DNA of 64,000 bases. Origin: Amoebophrya sp. A120. Taxonomy: Eukaryota; Protista; Dinoflagellata. Under the pieces are notes generated by a model that worked only from the letters and a program-made list of their open reading frames with translations, searched no databases and was not told where the DNA came from. Below, piece by piece: positions 14,201 to 29,200 of the stretch (within the stretch, counting starts at the first letter, position 1; each line of letters begins with the position of its first letter). Where the stretch lies: contig CAJINV010000015.1 in assembly GCA_905178155.1 (NCBI GenBank), positions 1,237,495 to 1,301,494 of the forward strand. Direction: 5' to 3'. The position numbers and the translations under genes were made by a program.

Positions 14201-17200
14201 AGATTCGTCATGCCAACCAGCACGCTTAAAAAGTTTCTCTTGCGCAGCCTCCCTCAACATGCGAAATGTCGTCTAGTCGCGATTTGGGATTTGTCATGCT
14301 AGAATCAGGAGGAAGAGGACCGATTTGTGACGCGGCTGCACTAGGCAAAAAACAAAAAAGATCACACTATGGGCGCAAGAAAATTCTCACGCGCAACAGC
14401 GAGAGTCCTCATCTTGACTCTGGGGCGGGGACGTTTTTCCGCAGGTATCTGCACGGTGCTCCCCCATGCCTCCAGTTGCTGCTGCCGAGTAGCATACTCT
14501 CCCCCGAGTTCTCTCATCTGGCCTGATATGTTTCATTTGTTTTTCCCGTGTCTGTCCTGAACGTTCCATCCCGAGCAGAGACGTCTGCCCTGGGCTACAG
14601 ACTCCGAGCGTGGGGGCGACCTCCCGCATATTCGGGTTGAGGCTCCAAGAATGAACGTCCGCGCTTCCGGTGCGCTCCGTATTGTGGTCTCCAAACCATT
14701 CATAGTTTCCAGCTTTTAATAAATTTCCAAACCATGAATACAAAAGTCGCAACTTCATCTGCAGAGATAATGAAGATGGAAATCAACAGGCAGGCTGTGT
14801 GTCTCGATGTCCTAAGAAAAACTCTACGCATGTTGTGCAGGCCTTCACACCGTCGTCCCAGCTTTTGTATAGATTCTATGGGCCGACTATTGTGTGTACA
14901 GCTGCAGCTGCAGGTTCGAATTCGAACTGAGATCGAAATAAAAATACAATTACGAATACAGAAATAGAAACGCACTGCATTTCTATTTGTTCTTTGGCCT
15001 ATATTTAAAATTCGCTGGCACAAAAAAAATCAAACAAATATGGTGGCTACTTACCTCTGCGCCCGTCCGCCGTCTGTTGTGAGACGAAAAAGCCGCGTCA
15101 CTGTAGCGCTGTGCGGCCAAGCCTTATCTGTAGCTAAGCGTCACGTACCTCTTCATGAGGCAACTTCCACCAAGATGAAGGCCAAGATCACTGCCACACA
15201 TATAAATGGCAAAGCAAAAAAGTCGAAAACCGCGCACAGCAGTTCGGCGAGGCAGGAGGGCGAACGCCTCTCGCCTGCGAGCTGTACTTCTGCTGTCCCT
15301 TCTTTACATTTTCTACCCGCTACAGATATTACCCACAGCAACACAGTGATACGGCTTTTCGGTGCGGTAGCTGGATTGCTGAGTGTTTTGGTAATTGCGG
15401 AAGTCCAGTTTTTCTATTTTTGGCCCTGACAAGGAGAAGGGCAGCAACCCACAGAAACTAGACGTCGGTGATAGGACGCAACGCGCTATAAGGATATCAA
15501 AACAATACGTGCCATTCGCGCTGAGTAGTTGCGGTCCCGAACATAGACATACTTACCTGTGCGCGTAATGCTTTCAGAATTCCTTCGCGAGCATATCTGT
15601 GCAGCCACTTTTCCACATGCCTGACAGCCTCCCTAATCCACCGCAGGGGCGCGTTTCATCAAGGCCGCAGCGAAAAAGAAATAGCGCGGACACTGAATGT
15701 GGGGGCGCGACTGCAAGCGCGACAGCTAAGAACGCCGCAGATTCTTCCCGAGGCTTGTGCCTGGCACATTAAGCACGTTTGCAAACAGTGCTTCTTGGGT
15801 GCAGGGCGTCAGCTGCGAGGCTTCCGCGAAACCGGATGCCCAGCTGCATCGCGACGCCCGCGAGTGGGTAGAATTGAAATTTACGCCAATAGCACAAAAA
15901 CTGAAAAACATCGCGCGCTCATGCTTTTTGCATGCGGTCTAACCTCGCCACTGAGGGTTTTTCCGCGAATAAAAAAATGAAATTATAACTCACAAGGCAA
16001 TCGAATCCAAGTTAGCAATGGCACGACCAAAAATTTCTCTTTACGCACAACGCCCACGGGCGGAAGAGTGAGGTGCCGAAGCTTCGGCCCTGTCCCAGTC
16101 TTTCCCAAATGCATTTTTTAAGTTCCTTACCTGTGCGTCTGTCGCGGATCTCCTTTTCCACCTGTGGCTTCAATCTTTGGAAATCGACCTTGTCCTTGTA
16201 CACTAAGGGTTTGTCTCCGCCAAATACATCTCCTCCCCATGCGCTAGCAAGAGTACCCATCCCCCAAAAGCTCGTGTCCTGACTGAATGCATCTGCGTTG
16301 GTCGAGAGATCTGCTTCCCGGGTGCGCACGTTGTCGCCTAGATTTCCAAGCAAGTCCACGAGCTGGCTCTCCAGCTGAGCGAGGGAACCCTCGTCAACAC
16401 AACTCGCCACAGATTTTCTGCCCGCATCCAGGTTGGTAAGAAGCGCCTTGTAGGCTGTGTGGAGGTGCCGCATTCTCTCTGATTTATTTTTCAGAAGTCT
16501 GTTTTTACGGTGAGAAAAGAGGCGCGCCGGGAAGTGACATCCCCAGGAGATCTGTGACAAAACAAAGAAATCCGAAAAACGAAAATTGAGGCTGCCACGT
16601 CTCGAAGCAAATAAAATTTGGTTTGTCATGGCAACGGCATAGTGCATAAAACCAGATGGCAGCTGCCAAGAATAATAGTCGCGGCCGACGAACGCTCGTG
16701 AGCTCACTACATAGAAGCATAGACGATACACTGCGGGAAAAACAAATGGGCTAGACACTAGCGAACGCGTGACACAATGCGGTCCCGTGCTTAATATGCA
16801 CATGGAGACAGCAAAATACTAAGAACGCCCAGTACTTCGTATAAATAAGTACCTTTTGCCTCGGTCTTGGCGTCCTCCTTGGCCCGCGCCGCTTCTTGCT
16901 CGCTCTGACATCACACAGAAAACCGCACCACCGTGGCGCCTACTTCAAATTTTGTTTTTGTGTCAGCCACATAACAAACATCCCTCCCATGGTGAAAAAC
17001 GAAGGGGTCTACGAAAACTCCCGCCGTCTCGACATGCGATGAACAAACACCTGAAATGACTGCTTTCTACGCATTCCAATGCAAATTCCAAATGCTGAAG
17101 CCAGCGTCAACCAAGTACAGCATATCTAGCCGGAGCGGCAGGGGCGAATGGCGAGGACTCATATGAAAATGTAGGTATCCAAAGCAAGTATGTCTGAATC

Positions 17201-20200
17201 TGGATGTGTGCAGGTGTTTGTCTTGGTGTTTTTTTTGTGACATCCCAGTAGAAGGTCTGCCATGCAACCCCAAGCATCTTCACAGGTTTTCAGATGATTT
17301 CTCAATGCCCCATTCCCATGACAAATCATCCCTTTCGGGAACCAGAAGTGGGCATCTTCTTTTCCTGTCCATGCATGACAGATTTTCCCGTGATCTGAAA
17401 TGCGCATGACAAGTTTGCATCCACATTCCAGACCCAGCCTACGTACTTGCAATGCATAGTACTATGCTCCTTCGCACAATTCCAGATAAAGCAAGACCTT
17501 TTCCACGCCCCACCGAACAAAAGTGACCACGAACAACCGGCTTTCGGGCGTTCTTTTTTCCCATAGCGCGCACAAACCCACGGTGATGCAACGGTTTTTC
17601 TGTGCGGTAACTCGAGTTCTGAGTGTTGTTTTGATTGAGGAGTTGCAGTTTCGTTTGTAGTCGAGCGAGAGAACGAGTTTAACTCGTTACGCAAGAAAAA
17701 AAAAAACTTCCTGATGCGCAAAATGGAAGATGCTGGTCAGGTATGGTTGTAGGGCCAACGCATGCGGGTTTTCCTTTTCGCGTAGGCGTACTCTCTGTGC
17801 TGCATGACACTTCTTTTTCGCTGTCATATTATACATATTTGTGACGGACGCTGTTCCTCGAATAAAAAAGGGCTGCATATACAAAGAAACTTTTTTTTCT
17901 TGGTTGGATAAAAATAGAAAAAAGAAGTACGGGCTGGAACCGCTACACGATCCAGCGTGCTTAATATCTAAGTATATTCTTGCATCGGTCGTCTGCTGTC
18001 GGACCTGCAAACAGCAACAGAGCGGACGAGGGCAATAGTAATAGTTCGCGCATTAAAGACGGGAAATAAGACGAAAGTAGATGAAGAAGAAAACCCCACC
18101 CAACTAGCTACCAACTTTAGATGTCTTACCGGCCTTCCTCTGCTCGATCAGACCGTACCACGCTGTCCCCAACGTTTGCAATTCCGTACTGTGATGCTGT
18201 AGCAATTCCCCATGCCTCCGCCCCCCCGATGCATTCTTCGTAGCCACGCGCGCCCCTACATCGGGGGTCATGAGCAGGCTGTTCCTCCGTTGCCAGTTCA
18301 GGCCCAATTCGTTTATTTTGTCGCCAGCTTTCTGGAACAACCCTTCGACCATACCAGGATCCGACCCGTTTTGAATCTCCTGCTCAAAACTCTTTTTTAT
18401 CGTGTCGTACTCGCCTTCAGACGCCCGAACTTGATTTTCCAATTCTGAAGATTGTTTGAAAGGTAGCAAATCCAGAACGTGGCCGAGTACAGCTAATTTC
18501 TTAGCTCAGACGAGTAGTAAGGCGCTTCTCAAGTGGCTCAAAGGCACCAGTTGAAAATATGGGCACACTCGAATAGATATAGAAGCCTGTGTCCTACCCA
18601 GCAGTTTCTTTTTGCTGCAAGGCAGATTAATTTTCCAAAAACCCGGACAGTTCGCAGTAGAACGAAAGTAGCTACAGCTGCCGTCACTGATGAAGCGCCG
18701 GCCCTGAACCTAAATGCAAAGGCAAGGCTCAAAGACTTTTTCCCGAAGTTAACGGCACCGCAGAGAAGTCACTTATGCCTCGTGCCGAATATCATCCGCA
18801 GCAGCAGCCGTCCGCGCAAAGCCGTTGCTTTCTGGACACGAAAATGTGACCGTGGACGGTCGCCGTTGCGATTGCGAAATGAAAATCATACAAGACCCAA
18901 ATAGTGAGTCCCTCTCTACTCTGTTTGCTTCAGATCTCTATTTCATGTACTCCGATTTTTATTTCAGCTGTTCTTGCGGAGGGCGGTGACAGGCAGCGAA
19001 AGCTGTCACGCATATTTTCATCTGCAGGCGCGCGCGCGGTTCGCGTTGGAGCGTTTAAACGTAGTGCTACACAAGCGGACGACCTTGTCGCGCTCCTCAT
19101 CCGCAGATGGACGGGGTTGAGAATGTGCATCCATTATGCTCGTTGGGCATCATGAATACGCGGGTGCTAGCCCACTTATGCGGCAATCCCAGATATTAAA
19201 ATAAGTTGGCACTTTTGCACTAGTCCGAGAAAGTTGCCAACACGGAAGTCCTCTCGCATCAAGACTCTTTGATCATCGCCGCAACGAGATTTTCTACCGC
19301 CTTGCTGGACAGACTCTGTGGCAACAGAGTTCTCCCACAGGACATATCGAAATCTCCATCCTCCTGCCAGGTCCTCGCATCACGCTAGCAAGCTGACGCG
19401 TTGCGAGATGCTGTCTCGGCCCCGGTCGAGTCTTTCGCCACAGGCCGAACCGGTGGGCTCGCAAAGTAAAATCGATTTGAGGAATGTCATACGTGTGGAT
19501 GGATGTACGAAGCTTTCTATACATGCATCGCGTTAGTTCACATATGCAAGCGACTCGAACTGATTCACGTACTCACCACGCAAGTCGTGCAGCACGAGAG
19601 GCCGCTCACAGAAGCAACTGTGCGCCACTGGAGTCTTTCATGCGCTCCCATAGCTGCAAAAAGAATCAAGGAAGACTGCTGAGTACCATGGTCATTCTTG
19701 GTCGCCGCGGCTGTTTTTGTTTTTTTTTTTCATCGCGCAAAGCTTCGAATCCCTGACGTTGGCATCGAACGCGGACCAGCCGCTGGCGCCTAATATTTTC
19801 ACTCTCTTGACACATTGCAAGCCGCGTAATTATTATCATGTGCCAAAAGAAATAAAGGTAGCTAGGTAGCTTTAAAGAGGCAGCGTATGCCCATACATAA
19901 TATCCGGCACGAAAATTTCAAATGTCGCAGTCTTGCACTTCCTCCTGCTGCGTGCCATGAGTCTTATAGATACGCGACCCTACCGCGCGCAAGCTCATCA
20001 GCCCCGCGTCCCCCTGTCTAGGCGACGAGAGCGCAAGCTGTGAAACGACTCATGAAGCTGGTTCCTGTGCGTAAGTAGCTGGCAACTAATGTCGCAACAT
20101 ATCGCCGCCGGAGCTTGACTAAGCGCCGCCCTCACTCTTCAGCAGCGAAGGCCCTGGCCCGGGGGGTACCCAGGGAGATGGAGCACCGACACCCTCTATG

Positions 20201-23200
20201 GCCTCGGAAAGGCGCTCTGTTACCGCGGCCTTTTCAGCCCTGCGCCGACCCCCCCCCCGCCTAGGCGTGAGATCCACCAGAGCAAAACGCATCACTGGCG
20301 TATGTCAATATGGACACCCGAGTCGCGCGCGCGCGACCGTTTTTGAATGTGATCGGCTGTGGTCGCATGAGCGTGCAAAACCTGCCTCCTCCTCGTTTGG
20401 GAAGGAGGGCCAGCAACGGAAGCAGGCGCGCAGCCTTCCGTATCGTTTAAGGTGCCGAACCTTGTCACGCGCAGGGTGCCTTCAATGCATTTGCGGCTGC
20501 CGGACTCGGTTCTTTGCATGGGAAAAGAGGGAGAAGGGGGGGCTGCGCACTCTCATAGGCGGCAAAGCGCCAAAGTTCAGCTGAGACTTAGACCAGGTCA
20601 CTTGGCGCGGCAGATGAGCAGAACAAGGCACGCACGTTATTTATTGTAAGCGCCTTTACCGTCCAGCTTCTTCTGGATGGCTTCCTGCCAATTGGCACCG
20701 ATTTCCGTGGCCTCACTTTTATGCCTCAGAAGCATTGCGCCATGGGTTTCCGCGACCGCCGCCAACATTCGCCTCGGCCCATTTTTGTCGACCGTCTTCG
20801 TAGTGGTACTTTTGACAAACTTGGCGACGTCGCCGTCCTCGGAAAGCAAGTTTTCGCGCTCCCTTACATTATGCTCCAAGGAATCCAGCACAGCTTGAAC
20901 GTCCTCCAGCAACGCCGCAAACGTGGCCTCGTCCCCCGGGCCGTTGATGCGGCCCTCAAACCCGTCCCTCTCTCTAACATATGCTTCCTCCAAGGGTGTG
21001 ATGCTGCTTGCTATCAGGCCTGAGTATTGTCCGAAAAATTGGCAGTCAAGCTAGCAATTGAGGGAGCGAGACAAATTTTCTGGCTCACACCAAACAGACT
21101 GCTACTTCTCTAACCCCTTCTTAGAAACGCCCATATGAATGGACGCTGTGCCCTTCTTGCACTGCGGCATTTCTTCTACCCGGGCGCCTTTCACGAGGAA
21201 CGCGCCTTCTCTAAATCCAACTACAGGAACGAGGACACCCAGCACAACGAAAAGGACTGTCGTCGGCGATGAAGCTGCGCCCCTGCATGCCGATGCAGCC
21301 AAGTCCTCCAGGACCGCGACTTATCCGCTGTCCGCAGTAGTGCGAGCAGGTCGTGCCCAGACCTCGAGCAGCGGGGTCCGAGGTTAGGTCTGCCGGGCTT
21401 CGCCCGGATTTCTCGCGCGCAACGTTTTTTCATTGTCGGTTTCATCAGGTAGGCCCATTTTCAACACGTCACGCATCCCGCGGGCACGGCATTTTTTTCG
21501 GGGCCCCACCAGAGCGAGGTTCCTCGGCCTCGAACAGCCGACCTTTCCCATTAGTGTCCTAAAATTCGGAAACGAGGCAACCTTCGGCCTGCGGAGGGTA
21601 CTGTAGAGCTATTTGGGCCCAAGCGCACCCGCTACACGCATACCATGACGCCCGGAGGGCGTGCGCTTTTGGGCTCTGCGGACCCCTTTTGAGCTACTTA
21701 TTCGCGTGCTGGGCTTCCCGGAGGCCGGGCTTTTTTGCCCAGCCTGTCGATATCGAAAGTATCCAATTATAATTACAGTGGGGCTTTTCGGTTTTCGCAA
21801 ACATGCCACATATTCTTGTCTGCGCGGAAAAAAGCGCCCTAGATTGCGGGAGAGATCCGGAAGCGGACAGACTTCGCGCAAACCCTGAAAACAAAGCGCA
21901 ACCGTACATCGATGTGACATAGGCTGCACAATATTATGCCGCGTCCACGAAATAATGCTTACTCATAACTTGTACTTGATGACGTCGCGCGTTACAATAA
22001 TTTTCTCCTAGCTGATGTGTCCTGTAACAAATCCTCGCGCTGTTTATTTTTACCTCTAGTCCTGCGATTTCAATACTTAGAAGAGGTGCAACAGTTAGGA
22101 GAATAAAAAAATACGAATGTCGTCGCGCTTTGATTTTGGTCAGGCTCTCGTATCAGACCCAGAGGCTTACGTTGATCAATATACTTTACAATACGTTGGC
22201 GTAAGAAGTTGGCCTCAAAAATGCAACAAAACTCGCAGTACGAGAACGGATGGGGGGGGTCCCCCCCGTAGCCGCGTGGTCCCGCAGTACGAGTACGAGA
22301 ACGGGTGCTGCGCATGGAGACACTAAAATCAAAATGAAAAAACAGCAGTGGTTTGAAAATACCGCCTGCAGCTTCCCTGGTTTGCTCTTGAGCTCTTTGG
22401 GCTTGTTCCGCTCGTTGCTGGTTCTGTTATCACACAAAAAACAAGCCGCGTCACCGTGGCGCCAACTGCACATTTTGCGGCGGGAGCATGACAAATCCTT
22501 GTTCTCTCATGCTGAAACAACAAGTGATGTACAAAAACGCCCGGCGTCTCGACGTGCAATGAAAATGTAAAAATGGAATAACTCCAACTGCTACGCCCTA
22601 CAATGCAAAAGGAGCCACCCGGAAGGATTGACGCGGGGAAAAAAAAATGGCAAGGACACATAAAGGCATGTACTTATGATGTCTTATTGCACAGTTCCAG
22701 AAAGAACAACTCCTCTCCCGCGCCGTCCGAAGTGCAGCCAGGAACTGCCTTTCACTCGTTCTTTTTCCCCGCCGCGCGTGCAGATCCACGGTGGTGCAAC
22801 GATTTTTCTGTGCGGTAACTCGAGTTCTGAGTGTTGTTGTGATTGAGGAAGGTGACTTTCGTTTCTTGTTCTTCTACCAAGAGAGGACTGACTGTAACCC
22901 GTCGCCGAGCTAGCTTTATGCAGGAAAAACAAAATTGTTAGTGTATGTAGGGCCCATGCATGCGCGCTTTCGTGTGCAAATTGCTTCCTTTGGTTTGTTC
23001 TTACATTTACCTGCTGTTCTTGTTCATTCGACATGCAAGAAGAAAAAAAGAAAAACGAGCAAAGAGCAGCCCTGAAGAAGGAACGCGAGCGCTCTTCGAA
23101 GATCGAGGCGCGTTTATATATATTTCCTCGTCCAAGGTGCCTAGTTAATACCGGCCAACTTAGCAGCGATCGAACTCCTCCACTGTTCCCGTAACCCGCC

Positions 23201-26200
23201 CGCATCCGTTTGGTACACTTGCGTATGGTGAAAGCGATACAGGGCATCATGTGTAGTCCTTTGCGGATCCTTTACTGTCGTTTGTAGGCTACCCACCTCC
23301 GAGAGCGGTGCTCCATTTTCGTCATAAAGCAGTGTGTGCCGGAAATTAACGTTTCCTTGCAACTCCGCCAACACGGCATCAGTCTGTTGGTAAACGAAAT
23401 TTTCCGAGCGTTCGTCGCGAACGTCCCGTAGAAGTTGCGTAAGTTCCTCCTGAAATCGATCCCTTCGTCCGATATACTGCTGTTCAGAAGTCGTAATCGC
23501 GGCGCTGGCTTGATTCAACTGCGCCTCCTCCAACGTGGCCTTGGCTGTATTTTTTTTTTCCATCGCGGAAATTTCCAAGAAAACCAACATGTGTGCTTGG
23601 TGGGCGAGATCCAATAAAACCAATCCCTCTAGCACAGTGTTCGTGTGTAGCAAGATGACAAATACAAATTTATATGCTCTCGTTGAAAATATCAAAGCCT
23701 TGTCTTCAAGTTCATGGGCACCTAGTACAATGTGACAGGGAAAACAGTCACGCCATCTTGTATGATCTGGTGCTGTATTTTAGTTTTCCGCACAAGTGTA
23801 TGCACGCATAATTTTTACGACGTACACAGAAATTGCATAACTGTATCTGATGTTATCAATATGGTCACGCAAGCGTCCTTCACCTTCTAGTTTTTGGCTA
23901 TGCGCATATACAAATTCATATGTCTGGGTCTGGGGAGAAAGAGAATGCGGAATCTGTGATCCTTTTCCTTCCTTTCGATCATGCAAAAACCTGTAGCTGT
24001 ATTGGATTGCATGAGCAGTATAGAGCTACGCAAATTTTTGCCACCCCAAGAGGGCACATCCCATGCAGGATAGGCGTGGGCAAGCCTTCGCGAAGCCTGT
24101 GACGCAGCTAGAGTGTGCATGACTGAGATCGCGGGCGCGGGTCATGTAAAATCTGCATGACAAACTCCGGATCGCGATCGAAAGACCGCGGGACCTGCAC
24201 CGCCGACAGGCGCTATTCAACCTACCAACCAACCAAGCTCCCTGAATCCTCCAGACCCAGGAGACACATTTGCACTTGATATTGGTCGCATCTGCACCAA
24301 TGACATTGGTCGCATCTGCAACAAGCGGAGAGGGCGATTTGCACAAACAAACAACATGAACAGTTGTAGCACACACAGAAATAGACTACACGCAGTACTA
24401 ACATCAAAGACGATACGAAATAAACTCATTCTCGGTCCTACCGTACCTTCATCCAACTTCTTCCGGACCTGCCCGAGCCAGGCGGTTTCTAGGCGGTCAA
24501 CTTCCGCGTTGTATCCTCAGTAAAAACGTCCCCACGCCAGAGGCGAGGAGGGAATTCTGCCAGACAAGTCCAAAATTTTATTTGGCACTCACACATGATA
24601 CATTACACATGAGGACAGGTTTGGCTATACAGTGTAGCTGTGCCTAGCTCCACGGTCCAGATGCATCACAGATCTCTTCTATTGTCCGGCTCCGGGGTAG
24701 CGCATCACAGATTGCCAAAGACACCTACAAGCACAGAAACAGAGATAGACTGCTTCTCCTGGAGAGCCACATAAGAAACATCCTAGGCATACGAATTCGC
24801 ATGGCAAGGCTGAAGTGGGGACGTTTTTGCTCAGGATACGCTGTGCCGCTGATACATCTCATCATGCGTCTCCCCCGCCGCCCCCGGAGACTGCGTGCCG
24901 CCCATGCCCAACCAACCGCCCATGAAGGTGGTCGAACGGGTTGGCGTAGTCTTCGGGACAAACGCAGGGTCTGACACCGTTGACGACACGCCCGCCACCG
25001 CGGCGCCTATCGCGTCTGATAGCAACTGCCTCCGTTCGTTAAGGTTTTCACGCAATCGTTGCAGTGTTTCATCCGGCTTAAGGGAGGAAAGAAAAGCCTC
25101 CGCAGTGCTCCCGAGCGACGGCGAGTCCGCGTTGATACCGCCGATTGCTCCGCCGAGCCGCCCTTCAAACTCCTTCCTTGTGTCGATGTACGCGTGTTCG
25201 AGCTTGACCACGTTTCCATTGCAGATTTCTGAATAGTGTTTTTCAAGAACTGAAGGTGAAAAAAATGTTGATGAAAAAATAGTAAATCTAGCGCGTGAAG
25301 ACGGCCTATCACAGCAGGGCCGCTTCTTTTTGCTTCATCATCTTCAGATGAAGAATGCCTCGCAACACCACTACGACAGCGGGCTTCCAAGTTCGCTCTT
25401 GATGTTGTGTTGCCTGTGCATAGTAGACCTTGCCTTTTTTATGTTACTCTCCGACAGTAGTTGGGGGGGAGCGCTACTTCTCAGCACGCTCGTCATCTTG
25501 TAGTAGGAGGGTCACAGACAGCATTGTGTAACTTCTGTCAGTTATGGAAATGTACGTGCTCCCCCTATCATCCAAGAGGCCGTCCAAAGCCAGCTAGAAG
25601 AGCTTTGTTTCTCCTCTTCTTTTTTCTTCCGCATACGCGGCTGGCGCTGCAGGGCTGCGTAATCACAATCATACACCGGCACTCTGCCCTGCGCCTGCTC
25701 TGCGCGGCAGGGGCACCAGTGGGCTATGTAAAGTGCTACTGGTCCGTCCACCCTGGGACAAGAAAGACGTGCAGGCGCTCGCCTACTTAATTGTGTGACC
25801 CCGACGCAATAAGGCGCACACGAGCGCCGGCAAAACCATCCTTGTGCTCACAAAATTAATAAACTTTTTGCGCACACAAATACAAATTTCAAACAAACAA
25901 TCAAACAAACAAAATTACCTTTTTGGTTGTTCTGTTCTTCTGCCTCCTTGAGTCGCCGCTCCTCCTCTGCTCGGGCTACACGTGCTTGCTCTGTTTATTT
26001 TAAGTAATATTTGTGCCTTCTCTTTCTCTTACACGGATTCAAACAAAAAGTTGATTGATTTGTGTGCTGCGAAGTGGCACCTCGGGGCGTTTTCACTGAG
26101 GATACTTCTGGCGCTGCATGCGACGCTCAGAAGTTCCACTCACTACAACTGTTGCCATTTTCATGGAGGTCGGGGTCGGGGTCGCGGGGGCATTCTATAA

Positions 26201-29200
26201 TTTCTCGTTTTGCGTGTACCTTGCACGACATGCGCGCAATCATACAGGTGACCAGTTGCATGGACGAAGGGACGCGACAACTACATGCAGTAGTAGCACA
26301 GATGCAGGACGAAACAACTCATTCTGAGTAGGTTGCCGTACCTGCTTCATTGAGCTTCCTCTGGATCTGTTCGACCCAGCCGGCCTGTAGGTCGGTGACT
26401 TCAGAAGCGTGCCGTGTATACATCGTGTATCCTAAGTAAAAACGTCTCCACCCCATACCCATAGTCAAGCTAGGAGCTCCGCATTACAAATGCAAATCCA
26501 GAGGGTTTGGCAGTCACGCAAAACAAATTTTCGTCTGTAGGACACTGCAGCCTAGCAGGGACAGCCGCATCACAAAGCCATTTGCATTTGGATTTGTTTT
26601 TATCCTATTGACAGCATTACAAATACCAAAACACGACTGGAAACTCCTCTTGGGAGGACGTGCGTTATAGATGCTCTACTTGTAGATGGTGCAAATCTCA
26701 GATGACAACTCGGGGGTGAGGGCATTTTTAATCAGGATATCGCAACATGCGTCTCCCCCGCCCTGGCGGAAGGGTCTTGCACACTCGTCGGGCCGTTTTG
26801 CTTCTCGGGAACTTGTTTTATCAAATCCCCCCGTCTTTGCACGTTGGCTGACAATTCCGCTAGTTTCGTGGAGTCAGCGAGCCTCGTGAACAGGTTTGCT
26901 GCAGCGCCCTCTTCGCCGAGCCTGTCGCCGGCACTGAGGGCAGCGATCTGCGTTGGAAGTTGCTGTTCAAGCGTCCGTTCAAAGGCATTCCTCGTTTCGA
27001 TGTACTGCCTTTCCAGATTGTTCATGTCTGCCTCCCAACGTTCGCCTGATTAGCATTTATTGTTTCATCTTGCTGGATGAAAATAGTATATCTGGCACGC
27101 GGCGACTCAGCACAGCGGCGAGAATTCGTCCGGGTGCTTTACATCTTCTACTTCAAAACGCTTCTATTAATACTCAGTGATACTTTCCGTTTCTTTCCCG
27201 TGATTATTCTCTATCAAACGCAAATGTGTCTGGGTCTGCAAACTTGTGATGCGGGTCGGACAATCATGACGAGGACAAGCATGATAAGTTTTTGAGTTGT
27301 AGTTGTACGTGTTGCATAATCTGCATTGCAAACTGCGTCCTTTCTGCGCGGTACATGAATGGGGCTTTGGGGTAACGTTTATGACAGATTTGACTGTCAT
27401 GCTAGCGAAGCATGACAAACGTTGCGCTCCCCTTCCAGAAGACCCAGACATATTTGCGATTGATAATTCTACTCGCAAAATCGAATTTACAAGAATCCGC
27501 CCTCTCAATAGCAGAACAAAAAAAAAAATTGTGTTGCCAAAGTCGCGCCACCAAACACTCTGTCATGCAGAGACCACTATGGCGACGCCTCCTTCCCATG
27601 CAGAATGGCATTTGTATTGCCCGAATTTTACGAAGAAATAAACAAGGGCGCAGCAAAAATCCCTAAACCCTAATTGCATGAGACAAATAGTTTTCTGCAG
27701 CCGGGCCCCCCTCTCCGCACCATGGGGGCAGGAGCGCCAGCAGCAGCGTACAACATTTCTCGTATGGAAAAATCTTCTATCTAGATCTTGATAGGGCATG
27801 GGCTGGAATAGTATCAAAATGGCCTTCAGCATCGTCGATACAGGAAAAGACTGATAAACGTAAGTAGAACTGAAGTAATTACCTGCTTCTCGTCTTGTCC
27901 TTTCTTCCTCTGTCTGTCGTCTTTTTTGTTCTTCCACCGCCCTCCGGGCCTCCTCGTCCTCTACTCGCTTCTGTTGTTCTTGGCGTTCTGTTTTTCAATG
28001 TAGTTTTTCCACTCCTTTAGCTCGGCCGCACCATGACTACAGGAGCGCCAGCAGCAGCATACAACATTTCTCGTATGGAAAAATCTTCTATCTAGATCTT
28101 GATAGGGCACGGGCTGAAATAGTATCAAAATTGCCTTCAGCATCGTCGACACAGCTCAACAAGACTGATAAACGTATTAAGCCAGACTGATGTAAGTACC
28201 TGCTTGAAGTCTTCTCCTTTCCTTCTCGTCGGCCTCTTCTCTTTGTTTTTCTTCCAACGCCTTCCGCCGGGCCGCCTCCTGCTCCTCCCGCTGCTTTCGC
28301 TCTTCCTCTTCGCGTTCTGTTTTATTTCAATGTACTTAGTTTCTTGTACCGTGCTTTAGCTCGGCTCTGCTGATCGAAGAAGACCAACGATGCGCGTTCG
28401 AGGAGCATGCACACGAAAATCGGCGTAAAAAAAATCTTGTATCCAGACCTTGAGGTAGTTGAAAGCACGGGCTGGCAAAAGAATATGAAAAAGGCCTTCA
28501 TCAGTGTGGTCGATACAACAGCCACGATGAACTACGTCCTTCCAGCGTTGTAAACAAAAACATCAAGTGTAGTTGTAGACATGCGTGCTTACCTCGTCGC
28601 AACCGGTCCTTCTCCGCTTGTTCAGCTTCTTGACCAAGTCGCTGTTGCTCTGTAAATGTAAAATAAATCAGGTCCTCTAGAACAAAAAACTACAAGGTGT
28701 TAGTTTATTGTTATGCGGCTTTTCGTTTTCTGTACACAACTACAACACGCTCCTCGTCTGAAATGAAACGAATCGTTGTTGCAAATGTCGAGTTGAATAT
28801 TCCAATCCTTATCTTTCCTGTAAGAACCCGACAGGCCTCTTTTTTCACGTGCGGGTAATTTCATGTGGTCGACCCAGGGTCTAGTACTGGTTGTAAAGCT
28901 AAAGCCCCAACAGAAGCAGGTAAAAAACAGTACTTTATGTACCAAGACGCAAGCCCTCCACCTTTGTACGTACATTCTCGGAGAGCGCTGCCAAACGGCC
29001 ACTATCTTCCTCATGCTTGCCGAAGAAGTTTTCTGCGGTGTAGGCCCTGCTCTCAATTGCCTGTGCTTGATCCTCACCAAAGAGTCTTTTACGCTCGTCC
29101 TATCCCGAGAAAAAACGTCCCCACGCCAGCCTTCTTGTCATGCATAAGTACTTTTGCGTGTCTTCACTGTTTCTCCTGCACAGCCCGCCCATGAGGGGCG

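Noticed and set aside
22266-22276. ccgtagcc resembling the start of the dinoflagellate spliced leader
   Set aside because: The match is only 8 nt and does not extend into ATTTTGGCTCAAG
9572-23695. Hydrophobic N-termini of ORFs 9572-10078, 16012-16803 and 23141-23695 as signal peptides of separate small genes
   Set aside because: They lie upstream of good phase-1 acceptors and look like intron read-through; not fully excluded
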